DNA of 62,712 nucleotides, filler included, from Collodictyon triciliatum (taxonomy: Eukaryota): assembly GCA_043381765.1 (NCBI GenBank). It is 21 parts of 21 records of this genome, joined end to end, with 100 filler letters (N's around TTAATTAATTAA, not from the genome) between each part and the next. Parts side by side here need not be neighbours in the genome. Positions count along the whole stretch, not along the records: positions 1 to 2,897 come from JBHJMP010008108.1; positions 2,998 to 5,892 come from JBHJMP010008109.1; positions 5,993 to 8,886 come from JBHJMP010008110.1; positions 8,987 to 11,880 come from JBHJMP010008111.1; positions 11,981 to 14,874 come from JBHJMP010008112.1; positions 14,975 to 17,867 come from JBHJMP010008113.1; 15 more parts are not named here. One strand, 5' to 3'. Below are positions 1 through 16,986 of the stretch, in pieces (within the stretch, counting starts at the first letter, position 1; each line of letters begins with the position of its first letter). Both the position numbers and the translations under genes were made by a program. The notes below the pieces were generated by a model. It ran no database searches and was not told where the DNA came from. It was given only the letters and a program-made list of their open reading frames with translations.

Positions 1-423
1 AAGAAGAAGAAGAAGAACAAGAACAAGAACAACAACAACAACAACAACAAGAACAAGAACAAGAACAAGAACAAGAACAAGAACAAGAACAAGAACAAGA
101 ACGAGAACAAGAAGAACAAGAAGAACAAGAAGATACTCCAACAATCCTATTTCATATTGCGAATTAATATGGATTTGAGATTTAGGAGTAAAAGGAGACC
201 TTTTCTGCCCATCGGGATTGGAATATTTCCATTTTAGTCTTATACTCTAAGACATCCTGTTGGATTTTATGTAGTTGCACGTCCTAAATGTTTGTTTCTC
301 AATTTGAGTTGAACTCGAAAAAAATATTGTTCTCGACGATATAGAAATGAGGAATTGAGCCAGCTATTCAACTGCTTGGTATGTGAAAAATATATGTAAT
401 CTTGATATATAGTTATGAGAATA

Positions 424-1021
424 CATTTGCATCGCGTAAGGAGGCGATTTCTCTCATTAGAAGTTGAGATGTTGCAAATTCCTGATTATACTGACTCTAT
501 ATAGATAAAATATGTTTTTGTGATTTGAACCTTCGATGATAGAAAACTCTGATATTATCATGATAGCATATAAATTAAAAGGTTTTATTACTATTATAGT
601 AACCTGAGATTGTATTAATTCCTTTTCCAAGAGAGAAACTTTGGTCTAGATAAATTCGTTTCAATTATTTTTTATTTCATTCAAACATGAGCAAATTAGC
701 TCTGTCCTTAGATATAATCAATTTTCAGCGATCTGGGTGTTGATGCGTACCCATATTTTTTTTTTTAAAAAAAAAAGAGTTAATTATAGATACCTGGACA
801 GAAATATTTTCAAATTTTGTTTTCTCCATTTCTTCTCGCAACGCAAGTTTTTCTTGGAGGAGCCCACTATTTTTTGACTGCACTTGGCTTAAACTCTCTA
901 TCAAGGATAGCCACAGGGATTATTGAAAGATATTCTCAAATTTCCCATATGGCAAATGGATGTGTTAAATATTTTTTATTTTTTATTATTGTTATTATTA
1001 TTACTGTTGTTGTTTTATTAC

Positions 1022-1115
<94 letters not shown>

Positions 1116-2344
1116 AAAATAAAAGGCTATTGACATCGAAACAAAAGCAGCTGTTCAGAATTTTAATACTTAATCGAAGAGTAGAATCTTTTTAGAAGGT
1201 CAAAAATCAGTTTTAATTTTGAAAATTAATACCAGAAATAATAAAAGACAGTAATTTAACCTTGTATGGCATGAAGTTCTAAGTTCTTTTTCTGCAAAAG
1301 TTCGACGTTGTTCTGATTTTCCTCTTGCAAGATATGTAGAAGAGCTTCGAGCTTCTGCGGCGAGATTACAGTGGATGCAGCACAAAGTATTGCGCATAGA
1401 GATCTTGGGTGATTACAGTTGCATATACGAAACAGAAGTGGGGAAGGGAGGATTTGCTGTGCGGTGCATATTATAATTATCATGAAACTTACGGCTTCTC
1501 GTCCAAATTGCTGATCATAATTTCTTACTTCGCTGCTAACTTCGAGTTCAATTTTTTTCCAACGAGATTCTTATAATAGAAAAAGGGTGGCATGTCTCAT
1601 AATTTTACCGTTTCTCTGTTAGATTTTAATTTGGCCAAATAACTGTATTAAATTTTAAATAAGGAAACCATGTTCACGCAGCTTCGCCGCAATTTCTTTC
1701 TTTTCCTTCTCAGTATTACTCAACAAAGCCGACAGGGCATCTCGCTCGGCTTCAATAGCCAATAGTTTCTCACCTACATTATTTAATAATCGCTTTCCTA
1801 AAATTGACTGGTACAATATTGGCCGTTATGCGCTGAAAGATATATGTGATAAAGGTTGCTGCATGGATAACAAAAGAATTGAAAAGTGAATCGAGCTCGT
1901 TCTGCATAAATGGTTGTGCGTACTGTATGACTTCTTTTCGTTCTCCGATTCTTGGTTGTTAACTTCATATTCGTTTTCCAGCTGGCCTATATGAGCCATT
2001 GCAACACCAAGGAGTTTTGTATCAGATGTGCCTATTTGCTCAAAAATTTCCTGAATAGTTGAATGGTTTAATTTCTGAACAATTGAGTGACATATGTAAA
2101 TGGTGCGATGAAAAAAGTTGGGAACATTCTGTGCCAGGATATATTCGTAAAAATTATATCAGAATATTTATTCAGAATTGAGGGATGAGGTAAGTGATTT
2201 AAGCTTACAATATTTACATATTTAAAGGTCATTTACGATAGGAAAAAATTACCTCGCCAATTATCTTGGAGAACATCTCGCGCTTCTCCTCCATATCTAT
2301 CTCAAAATCTTCGCTTTCTTGCTCATCCATTTCGTCATCTCTTT
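424..2344 (-). CDS. Partial multi-exon coiled-coil protein (hypothetical)
   Basis: GT-AG-bounded exons read as EDFEIDMEEKREMFSKIIGE|EIFEQIG..., EKLLAIEAERDALSALL..., SLSQVQSKNSGLLQEKLALREEMEK...|TKVSLLEKELIQSQ|EFATSQLLMREIASLRDAN. E/K/L-rich with heptad character; no family recognised. Confidence 0.55.
1024..1114. repeat. (TTA)n microsatellite, one example of many intronic or contig-end SSRs
   Basis: Perfect trinucleotide run. Similar arrays lie near 4090, 6975, 12100, 16060, 24820 and 28048; other motifs include TACA, TTATG, CACAA, CAAA, TCAC, GTT, TTTACTTG and TTTTATGC. Confidence 0.95.
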
Positions 2345-2897
2345 CTGATTAATATGACAAAGATGAAAAGGAAGGGGGAAAGATTAAAAAAAAGAGAGAG
2401 AGAGAGAAATAAATGTACGAAAGCCGTGACACCTGACGAAGGGCAGAAGATAAAACACATCGCAAGGATAAAGAAGTATTACGTACAAAGGGGAAACAAA
2501 TAGGGGAAATCTTGAAAAACAGAGCATTAAAAAGATGAACACAAGGTGTTGACTACTTTCCCTTATATTCCACCCAAAGGGAAACTTAATTGGATCAGTG
2601 ATAAAGACGAGAGATAGTGTGAGTGAGTGGGTAAGATTAAGATGGAGATGGAGATAGAGGTAGAGAAGAAAAACGAAAGATAGGAAAGAAAAGATAAAGA
2701 ATCCAAATGTAGATAACTAATAGAATTAATTATACAATAGGATTGTCCAGCAAACTCCTTTTTCCCTTTCTTTCTCCTTTTTCCCTTATCTTCTTTTCCT
2801 TCTTTTCCTTCTTTTTCTTCTTTTTCTTCTTTTTCTTCTTTTTCTTCTTTTTCTTCTTTTTCTTCTTTTTCTTCTTTTTCTTCTTTTTCTTCTTTTT

Positions 2898-2997
2898 NNN
2901 NNNNNNNNNNNNNNNNNNNNNNNNNNNNNNNNNNNNNNNNNTTAATTAATTAANNNNNNNNNNNNNNNNNNNNNNNNNNNNNNNNNNNNNNNNNNNN
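2898..2997. other. Artificial contig linker (44 N + TTAATTAATTAA + 44 N), first of 20
   Basis: The same 100-nt spacer recurs about every 2.99 kb. The 12-mer starts at 2942, 5937, 8931, 11925, 14919, 17912, 20904, 23896, 26888, 29878, 32873, 35864, 38855, 41845, 44837, 47828, 50817, 53804, 56790 and 59776. It places stops in all six frames. Confidence 0.98.
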
Positions 2998-3257
2998 ACA
3001 AATAATAAACAAATAATAAACAAATAATAAACAAATAATAAACAAATAATAAACAAATAATAAACAAATAATAAACAAATAATAAACAAATAATAAGCAA
3101 AAGAATAAAAGGATGAACTTAATTAGTTCAAAATAATTATTTCCTTTTGAAATACTTGTTTGGTTCGCGGGGGAAATACCATATTAAGTGGAGATTCAAA
3201 TTTGAATGATTAAAAAAGCAGAAGTATTTATAAGATAGTAAAAAAGCGATTATATAC

Positions 3258-5740
<2,483 letters not shown>

Positions 5741-6316
5741 GTGGCCTGTTCCTGGCGATAGTGAGGGAAAAGAATGAAACCCTGAAAAAATTGATGAAAA
5801 GAAAAAGAAAAAGAAAAAGAAAAAGAAAAAGAAAAAGAAAAAGAAAAAGAAAAAGAAAAAGAAAAAGAAAAAGAAAAAGAAAAAGAAAAAGANNNNNNNN
5901 NNNNNNNNNNNNNNNNNNNNNNNNNNNNNNNNNNNNTTAATTAATTAANNNNNNNNNNNNNNNNNNNNNNNNNNNNNNNNNNNNNNNNNNNNTTTCTTAT
6001 CTTATCTTTTCTTATCTTTTCTTATCTTTTCTTATCTTTTCTTATCTTTTCTTATCTTTTCTTATCTTTTCTTATCTTTTCTTATCTTTTCTTTTCTTAT
6101 CTTTTCTTATCTTTTCTTATCTTTTCTTATCTTTTCTTATCTTTTCTTATCTTTTCTTATCTTTTCTTATCTTTTCTTATCTTTTCAACGAGAGAAAATA
6201 AAATTATTCAAATCCCTTCAGTTGTATTCTCGGTTTATGTAGTATTTTGTATGTCATAATTATTTTTTTTTATTAAGTCTTCTTTGTATGAGATGTTGAT
6301 GCCATCCTTGTATTAG

Positions 6317-8069
<1,753 letters not shown>

Positions 8070-8533
8070 CGATGAGGCGCAAAATACGCCAAACAAGGGA
8101 AACGAAACACACATTACTTTTCTGAAGAATAAATATCTACTCATCATTGGATTGGGAAAGGTTGAAACGCCGTGATAACCGAGAAGTACAACCACGCGAC
8201 CTTTTTAAAAGCTTTGTCTGTGGGAGACAAAACTGTGCCATCGAGATATGTTCGCCAGAGTGTGAAGTCTGATCTTTTGAGGCTATTTTCCAACTCCTTG
8301 AACTAAGGCGGCTGAAGTCGATCTTAAGATAGAAAAAAATGAAGATATCAAAATGAGACTTGCGCGCTCGTCGCCTTCTTTTTTCTTTTTCTTTTTCTTT
8401 TTCTTTTTTTTTTCGTTTCTATCTTTTCTATTCTACTCTGCCTAGCTTTTAAACCCCACCCAAACTTCTTTTTACTGATCAAGTTGCCCAGGCGGCTTTG
8501 TTGTTGGCTGCGCATTGGTCTCTGGGCGGCGAG

Positions 8534-8640
8534 ATGGAGGCGAGTGTGTACAAAGTGGATGTAGGCAGCGACGAAGATGGGGACGAAGGGAGATATAGAG
8601 AGTCGGATGGGTTCATTCGCCTGTGTCAGCCCAAATACAG
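8534..8640 (+). CDS. Probable first exon of an unknown gene, truncated by the contig end
   Basis: GC-richer ATG-initiated segment MEASVYKVDVGSDEDGDEGRYRESDGFIRLCQPKY followed by an AG|GT donor. Confidence 0.4.
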
Positions 8641-9117
8641 GTACCGCATATGCTACCCTAAGCAGCTTGTTTCTCATCTAGACTGACTCTCATTCTCAAA
8701 TCGCTTCAATATTGCACTGTGGCAGATATAGCTATATCAGATTATTTTTCCTGCTTTTTTTATGTTTTCTTTGGTTTTAATTTCAATTTTCGTTATGTTA
8801 TGTTATGTTATGTTATGTTATGTTATGTTATGTTATGTTATGTTATGTTATGTTATGTTATGTTATGTTATGTTATGTTATGTTATNNNNNNNNNNNNNN
8901 NNNNNNNNNNNNNNNNNNNNNNNNNNNNNNTTAATTAATTAANNNNNNNNNNNNNNNNNNNNNNNNNNNNNNNNNNNNNNNNNNNNCACAACACAACACA
9001 ACACAACACAACACAACACAACACAACACAACACAACACAACACAACACAACACAACACAACACAACACAACACAACACAACACAACACAAAAGGAGATT
9101 GGAGCGGCTGAGATTAC

Positions 9118-11780
9118 GTTGATTTTGCAGCTGGAAAGCAATCGGCGACACTCGCAATCTTGGAGACAAAAAACTGCAAACCCGAACAAAAATCATAATC
9201 AGACACTCGTCATCAAGCTCAAAGCCTTAGATTTCAAAATTATGTTTGCGCGTTTTCTACGTTTCTTATTTCTAATATGACGATACCAAATTACAACAGA
9301 AAAGAAAAAGACAGTGGCAGTTACTTTGAGAAGCTTGCGAAGGGTTTTGTAGCGGGTTTCATCCAAATCGCCTGGTCGCATCCGATGTGCCATGGCCTCC
9401 ATCTCGAGAAGTGCTGCTGTGCACTAGTAGATTGCACATACCAATTACATCACCATAACCAAATAACAAGGAGAAAAAGAACAGGGAAAGAGAAAAGCAA
9501 GGTAAAGAAAAGAAAAGAAAAGCAGAGAAAAGAAAAGAAAAGCAGAGAAAAGAAAACATTCATACCTCAGCCATGATAGACAAAGAGCGAATCGGAATCA
9601 GGGATGTCCAACGAGAGCTCGAATGCCGCTCAATCAATTCGCTTGCTTGGACAATCTTCTGAAATGAAAGGCCTTGGTCGTCTGCACGAAATGCAACCAG
9701 ACTACTCACAGCTATGTGAAAGAGCATGGTGTGGAAATCATCATTGTCTGGGTCTATATGAAAAAAAAAGTGATTAAGTTGAATTGAGTCACATAATTGT
9801 ATTTCTAAAGTCTCATTTCTGCTATGCAACATTTTAATCTAGTCAGTTCAGTAAGCAAGTAGTTTGTTTTTTTACTTTTTTAAAGATACAAACAACTGAT
9901 GTAAGGCATATGAAAATAAAAATTAATTGAAAACATTTGGGCTCTTCCGTGTAAAAGAAAAAAAAAGGAGTTAAATGGACTATGGAAACCTTCATCGAGA
10001 GAGTGTAAATGTGGTGAGGCAGCACCAAGCCCGCCAGTCCACAATAGAGACTCAATTAAACCAAGAACTGCACATTTTTCATTGTGACAAGTACCCACAT
10101 TGCGTATCTTGGTACTAAGCTCTTCAAAGATACGCAAAGACGCTGGGAAGTTTCTGTTTATGGTTGTGATGATAGATTAGTGATGGCTGCTACAATATGC
10201 TTCGAGAACAGCTGCTTAAAAACTGAATGCGATACCCAAGAAAGCGATGTGTAACACCAAGGAGTAGCATGCCAAAGTCCCAATATTGGTCGAGTCGCAT
10301 GCTTTGGCATCCGTGGAGAGCGTACCGAAGGATTTCCAGTGATTTCTGTTGTACACATATTCGACATCAGAAAATGGACGTACTGATGACTTCGCCTCCA
10401 ATTCTAGATTTAAACATGCCCTATAATTTTTTTTTAAAAGCCTTCTTTCATTCGCTCCACCTCAAATTTAGCCTTTCCAATCATGTTTTCTGCCAGGCTC
10501 AGTTGCATTAATACTTTTCCAGGGGAGTCCAGTTCTTCAGGTGGAAGCTATAATTTGTTTGGATTGTTCAGCTTCTTTATTTCTTCAAGCAGTTAAATAA
10601 TAAGATGACATAGAAACCCCCATATCTAACAATTCTTTTGAGCCTTCATACTCTATTTTCCCAAAATCATTTAAGTGCATACCACTATGTATGAATCGAT
10701 CCCAAAGATCGAAAGGGCATTTTTCATGTCGGATTCTATTCTGTTGTGCACATCCACAGGAATATCATATCCAATATCGGGCAACAATAAGTGATCAACC
10801 CTGAAAGGTTATGTTAAAAGTAGCTCAATTTATTTTTTTAAATATGTATATATAGCAGTAATATTAGATTTTTAGGATACTCATATATACCAAGATAAAA
10901 GTATCAAAAGAAAAAATACTTTTGATAGAGTAAGTTCATCTGGGCTATGCAGCAAAACAGATATTCTTCGTACTGATTCCGATATTTACGTGATTGACCC
11001 AAAATGTAGAGGGCTTGAATAACGATCAACGAAGGTGTCCTGTGTGATAATTGGATATCCAACACAAGTGTAAACAAACTACGTGCGTATCATATGGTTG
11101 TGAAGAAAATTGAAATGAAATGAAATAAAATTAAACAAAACAATCGACAAAATAAAACAAAATAAAACAAAATAAAACAAAATAAAACAAAATAAAACAA
11201 AATAAAACAAAATAAAACAAAATAATCGACACAAATTCAGAGATAGTAAATAATACAGATTCTGTGATCTGAAAATGTTTGTTGAGAATTCAGGGTGCAC
11301 TTGCTTCAACGATGGAGAAAAGAGCGACCAATCATATGAACCTGTTGCAGTAATCCACACGAATTGAAAATTTGTTCATAGAAATTGTTCATAGAAAATT
11401 TGAAATCAGCTGACGCTCTGACGTGGCTTCATCCAAAATAAAATCCAACCCAATCCAAATTCAAAAAAATTCAAAAAATTCAAAAAAAAAAAAAAACTAA
11501 ATATGAGAATCAAAAGGTAAAAGCTGTGGATATAACCAATATATCAGCAATTCACAATATGCTGCATGGCTGCGATAAGAATTGCTATACGAAAATTACC
11601 GTTAGATGATAAAACAACCGGATAAAATGATGGCATCGACCCTAAAATAGTCTGCCTTAAACTCCAGCGAGTGATAATAGCTGAAGTCCGAAAGGTGGAT
11701 GATATTTGAAGCCCCAGAATACTCAAAGCTGAGTTGATGTGCCTGCAGGACCGTGAAAGATGTCCCAGACCAAGGCAAGC
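9118..11780 (-). CDS. Partial TPR-like helical-repeat protein resembling the C-terminal region of soluble (ADCY10-type) adenylyl cyclases
   Basis: Spliced exons ACLGLGHLSRSCRHINSALSILG..., LSLAENMIGKAKFE|KSLEILRYALHGCQSMRLDQYWDFGMLLLGVTHRFLG|NFPASLRIFEEL... show TPR-like periodicity. The family call is recalled similarity only; no catalytic domain is on this contig. Confidence 0.45.
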
Positions 11781-11980
11781 CTGTCAAACAAACAAACAAA
11801 CAAACAAACAAACAAACAAACAAACAAACAAACAAACAAACAAACAAACAAACAAACAAACAAACAAACAAACAAACAAANNNNNNNNNNNNNNNNNNNN
11901 NNNNNNNNNNNNNNNNNNNNNNNNTTAATTAATTAANNNNNNNNNNNNNNNNNNNNNNNNNNNNNNNNNNNNNNNNNNNN

Positions 11981-12100
11981 TCTCACTCGGCTCCATTGTT
12001 TGGGCCTCTTCTGACTCGAAGAAAGACATGGGGATAGGCTGTAGAAGATAGAAAAGAGAGATCATCTGCATGAATGACAATAATAATAATAATCATAATC

Positions 12101-12190
<90 letters not shown>

Positions 12191-13576
12191 GTAGTAGTAG
12201 TACTAATCTAGCACCATATAAACATGGTTTGTTAATAGCCGAGTAAAAATATTGAAAGTATAATATATTACAAACCATATCATGAATACTGGAGCGACGC
12301 CGATCTTTCAGCGCAGATCCTTTTTGACGAATAAAGTACTTTTGTGCATGACTGGCAACCTGAAGCAGGGTTTGAGAGGCCATTAGTATCATGAGCTGTC
12401 TTTTGTATTACTTATTAAAGAAAAAACCCGAAAGCAGGGCTTCATGAAAGCGGCATTTTGGTGGTGTACAAAACGAAGGAAATGGATACAATAAGAAAAG
12501 GACATGGGTTTAAAAATTATGTGATATCGCAATTTATTGCCTGGGAGGGAGTTCTAGTGCGAACAAAGTTTCGAGATATACTCCTCCAGTCACCCTTGCC
12601 AAACTTTTGCAGCCCCATCAGAAACAAACGATGTTCTTCTGCACTCCACGGGATTCCTATTCAAAAAAAGAGCCCACGACAGTCATTGAAAACACAGATA
12701 CAGGAGTATCCGAAATAATAAATAAGATAGAGAGAGATAGAAAACTCGTATATTTTTCCTAACCTTTTCGTCTCTCCTTCTCATCCACACCCGGGAGTGC
12801 AGTTCCCATCGAATGTCGCCGACGTGTTGTTTGCGAAAGCAGATTCGGCGTGGATGGGTGGCAGTACAGAGGCAGCTCGACTCGTCCGCTTTCGATAAGC
12901 TTCAGTGTGTTTATGGTTATTATTTTATCGGTTAGGTGGGTCTCATTGAATGGAAAAAAAAAGGATCATAAATATACAAAGGAAACCATTTCAAAAAAAT
13001 CTATATATAAAAAAAGGAGCGATGAAAAAGAAAATATACACGAGTTTTGGTAGGTATGTTAGACAAAGAGAAGCTTGAATACTGTGACGATAGTATAATA
13101 ATACTTGTATATCGAACTTGAGCTGCTCGAAGCGTGCACTTAGCTGCTCCTCAGTTTTGGATACAAACATCTGAGTGAGGGTGTGATAAGAAAGGAATAT
13201 CGGGGTAGTGCGCGATGTCATGACAGCCAAGCTAATGGCGTTTACTCTTATCTTTATTTTTCTTCTAGCTTCTATTTTCTATCCAACTCACAAAGCATGG
13301 AGACAGACCTGACGAACTGCCTGCCATGGGATGTTGTCCAGCGATTCTAAACTTGACAAGTAATTTTCAAAGAGTGCGTCCTCCTCCAAAGTCCATCCCG
13401 ACGACTCTACAGCGGCGGTTCGCCCAACAGAGGGAAAGCTGAGGAACGAGAGAAGTGGGAGAGAAGGGAGAAGAAAACGGCAAAGCAAATAAAACAATTG
13501 AATACAAGAACCCACCAGGATCGTGAAGTCGGGCAACTTCCGCCGCAGTTGAATCAGTCCTTCCAAACATCTTCAA
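11981..13576 (-). CDS. DIVARICATA-like two-domain MYB/SANT transcription factor (SHAQKYF class), 3'-partial
   Basis: Spliced: [14 protein letters not shown]...[41 protein letters not shown]...[56 protein letters not shown]...[10 protein letters not shown]. Confidence 0.93.
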
Positions 13577-13669
13577 AAGTGTGTTTAAGAGCCGGCCTTC
13601 TTGCAGTGATCTGGCGTCCCTTCACAACAAAGGTCAACCCAAAAGAGCAAACGCGCCCCAACAGGTGGC

Positions 13670-13675
13670 AAAAAA
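13670..13675 (-). terminator. Pol III terminator (T6) of tRNA-Glu
   Basis: A run of six T on the minus strand starts 2 nt after the tRNA discriminator base. Confidence 0.8.
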
Positions 13676-13676
13676 T

Positions 13677-13748
13677 TTCCGTTACCGGGAATCGAACCCG
13701 GGTTGTATGGGTGAGAGCCATACGTGCTACCGACTACACCATAACGGA
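13677..13748 (-). tRNA. tRNA-Glu(CTC)
   Basis: The reverse complement TCCGTTATGGTGTAGTCGGTAGCACGTATGGCTCTCACCCATACAACCCGGGTTCGATTCCCGGTAACGGAA folds as a cloverleaf: acceptor TCCGTTA/TAACGGA, anticodon stem TATGG/CCATA with loop CTCTCAC, T-loop TTCGATT. No intron. Confidence 0.95.
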
Positions 13749-13774
13749 CTTACTGTGCTTGGAAGTTAAAATAT

Positions 13775-14368
13775 ATTAATAATCACTATAATACAATAAC
13801 ATAATAATCACTATGTAAAAATATATTAATACTCAATATAATACAATAACATAATAATCACTGTGTAAAAATATATTAATACTCAATATAATACAATAAC
13901 ATAATAATCACTATAATACAATAACATAATAATCACTATGTAAAAATATATTAATACTCAATATAATACAATAACATAATAATCACTATGGTACAATAAC
14001 ATCATAATCACTATGATACAATAACATCATAATCACTATGGTACAATAACACCATAATCACTATGATACAATAACATAATAATCACTATGATACAATAAT
14101 ATCATAATCACTATGGTACAATAACATAATAATCACTATGATACAATAACATCATAATCACTATGGTACAATAACATAATAATCACTATGATACAATAAC
14201 ATAATAATCACTATGGTACAATAACATAATAATCACTATGATACAATAACATCATAATCACTATGGTACAATAACATAATAATCACTATGATACTATAAC
14301 ATCATAATCACTATGATACAATAACATGATAATCACTATGATACAATAATACATCATAATCATACTAT
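13775..14368. repeat. 25-bp minisatellite (consensus ATACAATAACATAATAATCACTATG), about 600 bp
   Basis: Directly visible tandem array with variant units (GGTAC/GATAC, ATCAT/ATAAT). Units nearest the tRNA are interleaved with a second ~25-bp unit, GTAAAAATATATTAATACTCAATAT. Confidence 0.92.
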
Positions 14369-14492
14369 ATAAAGCTATTTTAATAATCATAATAATGCAA
14401 TCAGCACAGCATATTTCATATATTCGAGTTAGTTAAATATATCTGTGTAATAAAATATATGAATGTAATGCAATGTACCAATTTAATTCATG

Positions 14493-14597
14493 AAATATGG
14501 GTATATTGATTTTTTTTTATTCTTCCTTTCAATTTTGTGCAGGATGGTGAAGATGTTGGCTTTGGTTCGCTAGCCATCAAATATGGGTATATTGATT
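14493..14597 (-). mobile_element. Short poly(A)-tailed retroposon-like insert, copy 1, with a 19-bp TSD
   Basis: A perfect direct repeat AAATATGGGTATATTGATT at 14493-14511 and 14579-14597 flanks a ~67-bp segment. On the minus strand it ends in GAAGAATAAAAAAAAA. The body is nearly identical to 45194-45249. Confidence 0.7.
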
Positions 14598-14750
14598 ATA
14601 AGCATTTGCACTCTCTTATTATATCAAATGTTGGGCACCTAATTCACCTCGGACGCACGGTGATACATTATTTTAATTCTTATGCGTAAGTTGGGTCGAT
14701 GGAAAAATACAAGGCATATTTCGGGACGACACTCCAAGGCTAAACATATT

Positions 14751-14831
14751 AAACTCATGATTTCTTTTCTTTTCTTTTTTTTATTCTTCCTTTTAACTTT
14801 GTGCAGGACCGTGGCAAACTCATAATTTCTT
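14751..14831 (-). mobile_element. Short retroposon-like insert, diverged copy, with a 16-bp TSD
   Basis: AAACTCATGATTTCTT (14751-14766) and AAACTCATAATTTCTT (14816-14831) flank TTTTTTTTATTCTTCCTTTTAACTTTGTGCAGGA, which is homologous to copy 1. Confidence 0.62.
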
Positions 14832-15256
14832 AAAATATATGTGCGCATCGAAAATGAGTGTTAATCTGGACGAGNNNNNNNNNNNNNNNNNNNNNNNNNN
14901 NNNNNNNNNNNNNNNNNNTTAATTAATTAANNNNNNNNNNNNNNNNNNNNNNNNNNNNNNNNNNNNNNNNNNNNTTGTTTTTTTTGTTTGTTTTTTTGTT
15001 TGTTTTTTTTGTTTGTTTTTTGTTTGTTTTTTGTTTGTTTTTTGTTTGTTCTTTGTTGTTTGTTTGTTTGTTTGTTTGTTTGTTTGTTTGTTTGTTTGTT
15101 TGTTTGTTTGTTGTTTGTTGTTTGTTGTTTGTTGTTTGTTGTTCGTTGTTTTTTGTTTTTTGTTTGTTGTTTGTTGTTTTTTTGTTTTTTGTGGGTATGT
15201 TGCAACAAGATTTTTGTGTCCGTTTTTTGAGAAAATAATCTATCGAACTTGCTCCT

Positions 15257-16498
<1,242 letters not shown>

Positions 16499-16986
16499 GA
16501 TCCGTGGGTTTTCTTGGGTGCCGCGCCAGGCAAGTGCAATAGAAGCATCAGCAGGGGCGGGCTGGTCGTTGGCTGTTTTGTGCGTTGTAAGGCTATATTC
16601 CACGATTGGGAATAAATATGTCTTTGTAATTGAATATTCAATAAATATTAACAAATAAAGATAAATTTCGGCTTCCCTTGCTTTGTTATTTGTGGAATAT
16701 AATTATATCTTACCATAAAGGCAGCTGTTTCCCTCATCAAAAAACACTATGTATGTTGACGAAAGGAAATTAGAACAGCCGTCGTATACTGCAGATTGCG
16801 TGTCTAATCAATCAACACGTATTCTCTTGCAGCCTCGCTCCCATCATTTTTCGTCATAAAGTTTGGAGACAACGGCCTTAGCCGAATGCGGATTCCGTTG
16901 GGGTGAAGTGCTTCCCTGTTTTGGAAAAAGAAAGGGTTCCTATAAGAGGACATATGGTACTCTTGTTATCGTGCATGATTCACGGT

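Noticed and set aside
817-1195. Poly-L/Y/N/F/C ORFs in the ORF track, here and at many contig ends
   Set aside because: They are translations of intronic or flanking microsatellites and N runs.
2942-2953. Regularly spaced TTAATTAATTAA palindromes as a biological repeat or CRISPR-like array
   Set aside because: They are always centred in 44+44 N and encode six-frame stops, so they are assembly linkers.
13775-14368. 25-bp repeat array as a CRISPR array
   Set aside because: Units are head-to-tail with no unique spacers, the context is eukaryotic, and there are no cas genes.
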